Below are positions 24,061 through 34,354 of a DNA stretch of 64,000 nucleotides, piece by piece (positions within the stretch are counted from its first letter, which is position 1; every line of letters starts with the position of its first letter). Source of the DNA: Selaginella moellendorffii (lineage: Eukaryota; Plantae; Lycopodiophyta). A program made the translations under genes and the position numbers. The stretch is taken from the NCBI RefSeq assembly GCF_000143415.4, contig NW_003314316.1, forward strand, positions 874,669-938,668, given 5' to 3'. A model generated the notes under the pieces. It had not been told where the DNA came from and did no database searches. It worked only from the letters and a program-made list of their open reading frames with translations.

Positions 24061-24469
24061 GAAAAAGAAATTAGATATTGGTATTGTATTTGAATTTAAT
24101 ATACTTTAAATAATTTTTATATTTATAAATTACATCTAAAATAACATATAGCATGGGATTTTATGTAATAATAATAAATTTAATATAAATATACATTATA
24201 AATTAGAGGATTCTTACCTAAATAATTAGTATAAATAACAATTATTAATTATTAAAATAATAATTTTTTCTGTAAACGAGTGATAAATTATTAAATAGCA
24301 ACTATTGCTACTAAGATTAGATACTGGTAGTTTACACAAATCTAAATATGATTAAAATTATTAATTTGGTTTAAAATACCTATTTAATAAAAATATTGAT
24401 ACTAAAATATTAACAGAATATTCTTTAGTGTGCCAGAATATTCTTAAAATATTCTTGGCTTCCTTGGAT

Positions 24470-25945
24470 CCTTGCCTATACTGGCAAATCCATAAGTCTT
24501 GTCATTTGAACACTCCCACTAGAGTTGAACAGGTGATGTTGCTTGCCTGGATTATGCATGGTTCAAAGCCCAACCACATGGTCTCACTGTAACTGCTGGA
24601 TCATTTTGTAATTCACATGGCCAATTGCACTTGAGGTTTGCATATATGCAGCTCCCCCTAAAGATGAACTTGTAGTAACTATCATCATAGCTAGTAGCTT
24701 CCTTGGGACACAAACTTTGCAATCCAAACAACTATTCTATCTAGCTTGCAGAAGCCATATATCCACCACGAAACTCCAAGTCAAATCCTTGTTCCATCAT
24801 TTGTCCAAGGGACACTAAGGAATGTTGAGCCTTAGAAATATACCACACATGCTTGACTGTGGAAACTGTGGAGCAATTCTTCAATTTGAAGCGAGAGAGA
24901 AGTCTCGTTTCTTGCCTATCTATGTTAGAGCCATGTGGTGTACAAAGTCTGAATTCAGTTTTTCTTTGCCATTTCTTGAGAGCCATTGGAAAGGTCTGTT
25001 CTGGGAGTGTCTTCAAGGCTGAGAGGTCTTCACATGGTATCAGAGGAATAGTCAGAATTTTTTGGCACGGTAATGCCTTAAATGCTAAAACAGGATGGCA
25101 TCCTCTTCAGAGTAGTTCAATGGATTAATTTCCTTTCCTTGGATAGTTCTGGTTTATGAGGTGGGGATTTTGGCCCATGGTATCTGAAACGAGAAAATGC
25201 TCACTAAAGGATGACAACATTGATCAATACAATGAGTGGCAAGATCTAGATGCCAGGGCAAATGGAGCTTTAGGAGGAGGACTTGGCCCTCTTTAGAGTG
25301 TCCATGTGAATGTGGAAAAGACTTCTACTCACAATTGGGCTAGAATTTGTGAAATTATAGGAATGGATCTGCAAGAGGATGTGGACATGATTCTTCATCA
25401 CAGTGAACTCTACAGCTTGGAGTAGCAACCCAATGGGCAAGTACAAAATTACATCACTCGACTCCAGTGTAAGGTGGTGGAGAGTCAGCTGTTCGATCTA
25501 GATGGCAGTGTCACAGATCAAGAGTTAAATGCAGTTCTTTTTAAAGGACTTGCAACTCGTGCTATGAAATCTCATCTTCTATATATCAATAAAATTACAG
25601 ACATCACTCAGCGGGAGACTTTTGCTGAACTCATGCAACATGAGAAGACCCTTGTAGGTGAAGGCAGGAGCTCTATTTTCAATCAACTTGGAAATAAGCA
25701 CTCCAATAGCATGAAGGAAAAACCAGGAATCAAGCAAAAATTCAACTTGAAGTGTGGGACAAGTTGAAAGTGTGGGCATGTCAAGAGGCAAAGTTGAAAG
25801 CTGAGCGTGGATCTTCCTCTTGCAGCACCACATTTAAAAATTGACACTGAGATGATGGTGACAACAAAGACTTCTGCTGCAGCCAACGGCTTGTCATGGA
25901 TGACTCAAGGAGCAGTGTTTGGCTGGATTCAGCAGCAATAACGGG
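24470..25945. mobile_element. Ty1/Copia relic split by an inversion: LTR 24923-25034, PBS 25035-25045, gag-protease on +, protease C-terminus/GAG-pre-integrase on - (24470-24859)
   Basis: TGTTAG...TTCACA followed by TGGTATCAGAG (tRNA-iMet PBS). Gag-like frames, zinc knuckle remnant KCGHVKRQ and protease motif VWLDSAA. The minus strand reads VKHVWYISKAQHSLVSLGQMMEQGFDLEF and LGHVNYKMI. Confidence 0.85.
24860..24915 (+). pseudogene. Displaced, inverted fragment of the PPR-A pseudogene (ETVEQFFNLKRERSLVS)
   Basis: Matches the reverse complement of ~16150-16203 (ETVEQFFDLMPERSLVS), which is the direct continuation of the fragment ending at 25946. Confidence 0.85.
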
Positions 25946-26298
25946 CCAGATCCTTGGAGCTGCCGGAGTACGCGAGCAACATCGAATCCCACGAGATGAT
26001 GTTTCGGCATGGAATCGAAGTGGCGCTTGGCGGTGTCCACGAGTCTCTCTTCTTTGCTCCTGGCATAAGTGGCGATGATCGTGCTCCAGGAGATGAGATT
26101 TGGAGCTGGGTGGCCATCGAAGACTTGCTTGGCGCGACCAACATCGCCATTTCGTGCGTAGGCCGCTAGCATTGCATTCCAGGCCTGGGGATTCTTCTCC
26201 GGCATTCGATTGAATGCTTGCTCTGCCGCGACGAGATCGTGGCTGCGAGACAATTGGGTGATCTTCATCACCGAAGCGATCGCATCACTGGACGCCAT
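25946..26298 (-). pseudogene. 5' fragment of a PPR-A paralog (frameshifted, Copia-disrupted)
   Basis: Highly similar to 16201-16558. A frameshifting deletion lies near 26005 and homology stops at 25946. Confidence 0.9.
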
Positions 26299-26377
26299 CT
26301 CTTTCGAGTCACTCCATATCTTTCTTTCTTCTCAGATAGTTTGAAAGAACAGTTCCCTATAGAATGTTCTTAGCTCT

Positions 26378-28117
26378 ATGCACTTTAGTATACCTTCTTC
26401 CAAGATAGCACAGAGAGGAATCTCCACACAAGCTCTACTCACAGATAGCAAAGATTTGTACAAGCTTCTCGCTCGCTGTGGAGAGGCCAAAGATCTTCTC
26501 CAGGGACGATACCTTCACGCGCGAATCCTTCCAAGCGAGATACAAAAAAACGCTCCTCTAGGCAACCAGATCGTTCAAATGTACGGTCGGTGTGGCTATC
26601 CCGAGGAAGCACGAAAAGTTTTCGAGACCATCGAAGAGAGAACTTTGATCTCATGGAACATCATGCTTGGTGCATATACCCAAAACGGGTATATGGTGGA
26701 AGGGAAGTTTCTCTTCGAAAGAATGCCAAAGCGGGATGTGGTTTCGTGGAATTCTCTATTATCTGGGTATGCCTGTGTCGGGTACACTTCTGAAACAGGC
26801 ACCAGCTTTGAAAAAATGCCTGGGCATGATTTAGTCTCGTGGACTTCTATGCTTAAATTATATGCTCAAACGGGGCATCTGGGTCAAGGAAAAAGTATGT
26901 TTGATAGAATGCCACACAGGGACATAGTCTCTTGGAACACTATGATCGCTGCCTTTGGCGAAAACGAGAAATGGAAAAGTGCTGCTGCGATGTTTGAAAG
27001 AATGCCCGAGTGGAGTCTCGTGTCTTGGAATTCCGCTTGCCAGGCATTTTCGCAAGCTGGGCTCCTGGAGGAGGCCAAACGGAGCTTCGATCAAATGCCA
27101 AAACGAGATCTAATCTCGTGGAATGCAATGCTAGCTGCGTTTGTTCAAAAGGGGAACGTTGACGAGGCCAGGAAGCTGTTCGATCGATTTCCACTGCGGA
27201 GTTTGATCTCGTGGAACACTCTTTGCGTGGGTTATGCCGAGAACTGGTCGATCTCGGAAGCCCGGAACACGTTTGAGCTCATGCCGGAGCGGGACGTTTT
27301 CGCGTGGACGATCATGCTGGGATCATACGGACAGGATGCTCAGCTGGAAGAAGCGAAAACCTTCTTCGATTTCATGCCAAGGAGGAGCCTAGTGACATTC
27401 ACGGCGATGATCGCAGCTTACGGACAGAATGGATTCGTGGAGGAATCCAAAAGGCTCTTTGCTGGCTTGCGAGAATCAAACAACGTAACTTGGAGCACGA
27501 TGTTGCTGGTGCTCGCTCACGCTGGCTGTGTCGAAGAGACCGAAGAACTCTTTGCCAGGATGCCCGAAAAGAGTGTTGTCTCGTGGACGATCTTGATCAC
27601 GGCGTATGCCCAAAACGGCCATATGCTGCAAGCCAAGAAAACTTTCGATCGCATCAAGAACAGGGACACGGTTGCATGGGCAGTGATGGTGGCGGCATTT
27701 GCTCAATACGGAAGTGGGCGAGACGCGATTGACCTGTGGAGAGAAATGGAGCTCGGGGGTTTCAAGGCGGAGGAGATAACTCTGCTAAACGTTCTTGCTG
27801 CTTGCAGCCATGAGGGATTGATCGACGAAGCTTGGAGGGTGTTCGTGTCGATACCACGGGACTATGATCTTGGATTGAACAGGGAGCATTACTGGTGCAT
27901 GCTGGATGTTCTAAGTCGAGTTGGGATGATCGAAGATGCCGAGGAGCTCATCGAAACAATGCCGTTTTTGCCGGATGAAATTGCGTGGGGAACTTTGCTG
28001 GCTGGATGCAAGATCCACAACAATCCCAACTGTGGAGGTCGTGCCGCTGATATGATCCTCCGTAGCAAGCCCTGTGCGTCCACCCCTTTGAAAGCATTGC
28101 TGGGCATTTGTGTATAG
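26378..28117 (+). CDS. PLS-class pentatricopeptide repeat protein with a truncated E extension (PPR-B, 579 aa)
   Basis: Intronless ORF with a transit-peptide-like N-terminus and many 31-aa repeats. P2-L2-S2-E-like end (LAACSHEG, EHYWCMLDVLSRVG, MPFLPDEIAWGTLLAGCKIH). No DYW domain. Confidence 0.93.
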   Translation: MHFSIPSSKIAQRGISTQALLTDSKDLYKLLARCGEAKDLLQGRYLHARILPSEIQKNAPLGNQIVQMYGRCGYPEEARKVFETIEERTLISWNIMLGAYTQNGYMVEGKFLFERMPKRDVVSWNSLLSGYACVGYTSETGTSFEKMPGHDLVSWTSMLKLYAQTGHLGQGKSMFDRMPHRDIVSWNTMIAAFGENEKWKSAAAMFERMPEWSLVSWNSACQAFSQAGLLEEAKRSFDQMPKRDLISWNAMLAAFVQKGNVDEARKLFDRFPLRSLISWNTLCVGYAENWSISEARNTFELMPERDVFAWTIMLGSYGQDAQLEEAKTFFDFMPRRSLVTFTAMIAAYGQNGFVEESKRLFAGLRESNNVTWSTMLLVLAHAGCVEETEELFARMPEKSVVSWTILITAYAQNGHMLQAKKTFDRIKNRDTVAWAVMVAAFAQYGSGRDAIDLWREMELGGFKAEEITLLNVLAACSHEGLIDEAWRVFVSIPRDYDLGLNREHYWCMLDVLSRVGMIEDAEELIETMPFLPDEIAWGTLLAGCKIHNNPNCGGRAADMILRSKPCASTPLKALLGICV

Positions 28118-29208
28118 AGTCTTTCAAGTGAATGCTAGCTGACCAGCGTTGAATGGTAGCTTGGAAATTTTTTGGAGTTCGAAGGAAACAGGGAGCTAGG
28201 GAAGGTGTTACTGATCAAGACGACGTTTATCTGAACAACAATCCCCGTTAGTTGTTTTGGTTTTCCGTAATTTTTATTTCCGTCAATTGCTAAACTTTCA
28301 GGCGTTCGTGAGAATCCCGAAAGTTTTAATGCTAACAATAGAATGCACCAGCATACCAGACGCACTTCAAACTTTAGCTACCAAGTAGTGCAAATGATTA
28401 ATGCAAGGAATGCAAATCTAGGAGTGACTTCTTACTAGGGAGTAGAAAATATCAACCATCTTCAATGATAGTGCCAGCTTGGTGGTAGGCTTCTAACACC
28501 TTTTGATATCACATTTGAGAATTTGATAATTGTGAACATCACTTCAACTTGTAAATTTTTTGAACTAATAAAATAAATCTATATGTAGAACTTACAGGTT
28601 TAGAACTTGGAAGTAGTTATTTAATTTATTATTTTATTTAGTACTGTTTAAGAATTAAAGAAGTTTATTTTAATAAAATATTGTCAAAACACGAGATCTG
28701 GTTTAGAAATATGTTTATACACATTTTAGAAAATTTAATATAAAATACAGTAAATATTTTAGATTTTATGTCGAGGTTTTTCAAATAAAATTAAAATTGA
28801 AATATTAGTATTAATTTTTTTTAAAAATAATTTTTTATTATTATCTTAGTACCTCTATATTTGCAATTTTATAAGTCACATCAAGATTTAAAAAGAAAAT
28901 TACCATATAGCTGAATTACTCTATAATTAACCCCAAATCATTGTTTAAAATCTATAAAAAAACATTTGTTGACATAAAAATAAAGTTTTACTTTAATATA
29001 TTAAGCTAATTAATTTTTCTCTAATACTTAAATTTATGGTGTAAAAATATTTTTCTCAGCCATATTAATATATTTATTTTAGATACCTCCTATTAAGGAT
29101 AAATTTAAAATCCATAAGTACTTAATAGTATTAATTTGTAAACCATTTAAAGAAAAAGTTACTTACTTATTTTACATTATGTATTTAAATTTTTTAAAAA
29201 TTACAATA

Positions 29209-29385
29209 TGTGAATGCATGGAATATGGAAAGAGAATACAGAAATATACATATCAATTAACCCAAAAACCCTAGCTTATATACAGGAGCAGGTGGTCCGG
29301 ATTGTGAAACCAATCCGACAGCTACCAAAATCCCACTACACTAATATTAGTATACAGTATCGTAGCTGTACACTTGGCCCTCACA
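29209..29385 (-). repeat. 3' LTR of the Gypsy element (177 bp)
   Basis: TGTGA...TCACA, adjacent to the PPT. About 17 substitutions and one 2-bp indel versus the other LTR (manual count). Confidence 0.95.
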
Positions 29386-29417
29386 TCATCCCCTCCTCCC
29401 GGAACAATGGAAGACCA

Positions 29418-32400
29418 TCAGAATTCTCTTGTAGACGGGCTGGGATCTAGAGGAACGTCAGGAGAAAGCATCAGCGGATCTGTAGATGGTATTAATTGCT
29501 CCTGATCCTTTTGTATGAAGCGTTTCAATTGTTGCACATGCACAATCTCTTGGAGGATCGGCCTGTTGGACGTCATGCCGAACCTTATAAACTTGTGGTC
29601 CAACTTGCCGCAACACCCGATACAGTCCTTTCCACTGTGCAAGGAGCCCTTTAGATAAACCACATACCATAAGATGGGGAAAACATACTAACACCAAATC
29701 GTTCACTTTGTACTCTGCAAGTGGACGATGATGGGAGTTATACCGCCGTTGTTGTCCCACTTGTATGCGGCCTAAGTGTTTAGCAGACTTCGCTCGGACA
29801 AGTGGAAGAATGCTCATTAAATACTAATCCCATGACCTAGCATCCGCAGTTCGTGGCAATCGCAAAGGTAAACCCAACTCCATTGGTAATATTCGATCAT
29901 GACCATATAGGAGTTTATATGGTGAAGCATCAACAGAACTCTGCACCCCTGTGACATATGCATACCGAAGGGACGGCAAATAACAATCCTAATCCGAATA
30001 CTGAAAGTTCACATACTTCACAATCATCCCTTTGAATGTCCGAACAAGCTATTCCACCAGACCGTCTGATTGTGGATGATAAGCACTCATGAAAGTGTGG
30101 CATATCCTTAATTGATACGTCAAGACATGAAATGCCTCAGCCATAAATGCAGGACTATTATCCGAAAGAATCCACTCTTGACAAGAATGCTGGAACACCA
30201 CTGGATTGAGGAGGAAGTATTCAATAGCAGTTGTAAAGGTGCTAGCAAGAGCACCAACTTCCACCCAACGAGTCAAGTAGTCAGAAGCAATAATAACATA
30301 CTCATTGCTAGTAGTTGACTGTGGAAAAGCTCCCATAAGTTCAAACGCCACCAACTCAAATGGACAGGAAATTGCAATTGACTCCAATTGTCCTTCCGCA
30401 GCCTGAGGGGGAGTATTACAAGCTTGGCACCAAACGTAGCTACGCACATACCGGATAATCATATATCTGAAGTCATCAGCAAGTGATGCAAGATTCTCAA
30501 ACCCATTTCGAAGCCTTCGAATCCACGGCTCAATCTTTTGAGCCTCGCGAACCTCATCAAGAGAAGGTAGATCTTGCTCTGTGCCTTGTGGACACTAAAC
30601 GTCAAGTACAGCAATCGCCAACGGCATAGAATCATTGTCTAGAAAATCCACAGAGGTTGGAACAACAAGCTCATAAAAAACATGAGAAGAGAATGGAAAA
30701 GGAAGAGGAGCTCGAGAAAGGCCATCAACATCAGCCATAGAACTCCCTAAGCGATGAACAACGTCAAAATCATGTATCTGAAGCTTCAAAGCCCATCGAG
30801 CAGTACGACCAACCAAGTCCTTCCGCTTTAATAATGAAGTAACAACAGCATGATCACCTTCAAGTAATGTCCAAAAGCCATGTAGATATGCATGAAGTTT
30901 CTTGAAACCCCAAATTGTTGCTAAACACTCCTTCTCTGTCGTGGAGTAGTTCATTTCCGCTGGTTGTAATGTACGGCTTATATACGCAATAGGATGGCGC
31001 TGACTAGGCACACTCAAGCTCTTTTGCATCAACACACCTCCAAGACTAATGTCAAAAGCATCCACGCGCAAAATAAAAAGTTGAATGTAGTCAGGATATG
31101 CTAAAACCGGAGGAGTTGTCAACAGCACTTTGAGATCCCCGAACACCCACTCACAATCCGGAGACCAAATGAAAGATGATGTTGATGACTTTAGCAACGC
31201 TCACAACGGTGCAGTGCGATCAAAAAAATGATTCACAAAACAACCAAGATACTGCACCTTACCCAAGAAGCGCTACACATCATTCACACACTTCAGAGTA
31301 GGAAACTTTAGAACAGCCACAAGTTTGTCAAGATCAACTTGCAAACCCTCACGAAAAATACGGTACCCAAGATAAGTTGTGTTTTTGGACCCAAACACGC
31401 ACTTCGACCACTTCAGCTTTAAACCAACGTCGTGTAACCGATCCAACACTTTATAAACATCACGAACGTGCTCCTCCCACGTCCCCTTTGAGTGGATCAA
31501 GATATCATCAATGAAGTCAATAGTCACTTCTGGCATATCGCAAAGAACCTCGTCCATCATCCGCTGAAAAGTTGTTGGAGCATTGTTCAAACCAAACGGC
31601 ATCACCAAGAACTCATACAAACCAAATGGTGTACAAAAAACAGTCTTAGGAATATCTTTTTCGGCCATCGGTACTTGCCAGTACCCAGAAGCAAGATCTA
31701 GTTTGGTGAACTAATGACTTCGCCCCAGACAATCCAAGAGATCAGTAGTGTGAGGAAGAGGGCACACATTTGAGATTGTTACTTCATTTAACGGACGATA
31801 GTCAATGTAAAAACGAATACTCCCATTAAACTTCATTACAAGATGAGGTTCACATGCCCAAGGACTCCGCGACTTCTGAATAACACCCTTCTCCAACATC
31901 TCCTTGACATTTGCACATAAAATCCAGATCTCCTTGGGTGACTGATAACAAACGGGAACCTTGATTGGACGAGCATCCCCAGTTGGAATTGGATGATGTG
32001 TGGCAATCTTGGCCCCAGATGAGAGGTCAAATTCAAAGAGATCAAAATACTACTTCATGAGCCGGTCCACCGTTACAACACAAAGATCGTCGAAGGGATC
32101 GAAAAAAGGAAGAGCAAAACAAGATGGAAATATAGGAGGAAATAGTGGGGGAACAAAAGTAATGGAAGCAGAGGTAGAAGTATAGGGACAAAGAGGTACA
32201 GAAGTGAGAGGAATGAATGAAACATAAGAAAGTATGAGACAAGGGGGAGAAGCCTCAAAATCACACTTGGCATGATTGCTGCAACCAATCCATACCAAAA
32301 ATGAGGTCAAAATCTTGACTCGGCACCACGCGCAATAACTACAACTCAAGCTCGAGATTGCCCACATGCACAACCAGGTCCACCTCATCTCGTGCACATG

Positions 32401-33560
32401 CATGTGTACGGCTGTTGCCATAAAGAATGAAAACTGGTTCTACCGCATGACGCAAGTGTCAACAGTAACGTGTGGCAATAGGTCAAGTAATAGAAGATAA
32501 ACTCGAACTTGTATCAACCAACATGGAGAGAATAATAGGAGACCTCTTGTTATAAAAAACGAGCTTGGAAAGTAAACACTGGATGAACCGATGTTGAGTG
32601 AACCCCTTGATGATACTTCCGAAAGAAAGATGAAGGGGTCACTAATTTATTCACGCAAGGTCCCTCCATTACTCGCGCGACTCCTCGTTTCCCGAATGTA
32701 TCTTAGTGTCCAAACCATCCACTGCAGCAGCACCAACGGGACATTGCTGACGCCAAGGTCGCTACCCAGGAAATGGAGGTCGCCAATCCGGAAACCGCCG
32801 ACAATGCCGATAAGTATGACCAACTTCATCACACACCCAACAGCAAACATCACGGCCACGACCATGTCCTCGACTTTGTCCTTGGACGTGAGTAGCAGCA
32901 GCATCAACCTCCATTAGAACAGGACTATCACCCAAAGGAAGTGGAGCTGAAGGACGTGCAGCGAGAAATGGAAGAGGTGACGTCTCATAATGTTATGCCA
33001 AGCAAAAAGCATTGTCAAGGCTGGCAGGAGCAAGTGCATGCATAAGTCTGACAAAATCTTAACGAAGTGCTGGCCACAACATTCCTAGCTTGATCCGCTC
33101 TGACATATTTGGCTCCGCACGAAGCAAAAGACTTCGGATATGAACACCAAATTGCATCACTGACTCAGATGGCCCTTGGCGAAGACGATGCAATTGTTGG
33201 AAGGCATTATCACAATCGTCGGCATTTCCGAAGGCACGTTTGAAGACATCCGGGAGAACACTCCAATCCTCATGAGTGGCTGTGCTCAGACCATTATACC
33301 ATTGTAACGCCATCCCTTGGAAACATGTGGGAAACTCATGCAAATGTTGAGCATCATCCCAAGAATGTTATGTGGCAATCATCATGAAGTGATCAAACCA
33401 ATGGTACATATTATCCCCAGGATTCCCGCAAAAGAACTCTGGCCGAAGACGAGGATTAGCACCAAGAGCAGGAGGAGTTGTACCACGTGCCGTAAATGCC
33501 ACCATCAACTGAGTTTGGTTGTTCAATTGCAAGTGCATAGCATCAAACAATTGTACCAAC
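29418..33560 (-). pseudogene. Disrupted gag-pol of the Gypsy element
   Basis: Gag (LRQGPSESVMQF), RT (YIDYRPLN, MPFGLNNAPTTFQRMM, FIDDILI), RNase H (VDAFDISLGGVL, NYSTTEKECLA) and integrase (DYLTRWVE, SDNS, AYHPQSDGLVE, GPY/F-like WKGLYRV, VHVQQLKRF). Confidence 0.93.
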
Positions 33561-33833
33561 TACTGCTCCAGAGTCAAAGGAGGAAATTGCTGATCTGCCA
33601 TAAAGACAGACGAAGAAAGAGTGAAGGAAGAGAAACGACAAAAAGCAAGAAGGAAATGGGAGATTTAGACAATGCAAAAAAGCTAAATCTAAACCAAAAT
33701 CCTGAAAGGGAAGAACAAAAGAAAGGGAATGGAAAAAAGTTAAATCTAGACGATGCAAAAACTAGATCTAAACCAAAATCCTAAATTCAAACACTCCTCA
33801 GGGACAATTAAGAATGCCTTTCACCTCCACCAA

Positions 33834-34008
33834 TGTGACTGCATGGAATATGGAAAGAGAATATAGAAATGTGCATATCAATTAACCCAAAAACCCTAGT
33901 TTATATACAGGAGCAAGTGATCCAGATTGAAACCAATCTGACAGCTACCAAAATCTCACTATGATAATATTAGTATACAGCATCATAGCCGTACACTTGG
34001 CTCTCACA
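33834..34008 (-). repeat. 5' LTR of the Gypsy element (175 bp)
   Basis: TGTGA...TCACA, adjacent to the PBS. Confidence 0.95.
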
Positions 34009-34354
34009 AATATATATTTAAAATAAAATATTTATGGAAGACTTTGACCTCACTGTATCATAAAACTTTTATTTACACTTTAAAATATATTTTCTTTATA
34101 AAAATAATTATTAATAAGGAGTAAAAAAATTATTTTTGAAAAGGGGTGCATGACTTTTTCTAAAACATTAGTATTTCATATGTTGAAATAATACCAAAAA
34201 AATATTATTATTTTATGATTTTTAAAAATGTATTTCTAAAACTAGTGATTTTATATTAAGTTTGACCAACGTTATGTTAGCTTGAACAGTGATTTTTCTC
34301 AATTTGTTCCGTTTATTTACTTGTTACACAATAAAATCGCGAGTGGATCACTCC

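Larger units (their letters stand above)
29209..34008 (-). mobile_element. Full-length but decayed Ty3/Gypsy LTR retrotransposon (non-chromovirus, 4.8 kb)
   Basis: Paired LTRs at 29209-29385 and 33834-34008, and a 4-bp TSD AATA. PBS TGGTGGAGGTG at ~33813-33832 and PPT GGAGGAGGGGATGA at 29386-29399. Domain order gag-PR-RT-RNaseH-IN on the minus strand with stops and frameshifts. Confidence 0.95.
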
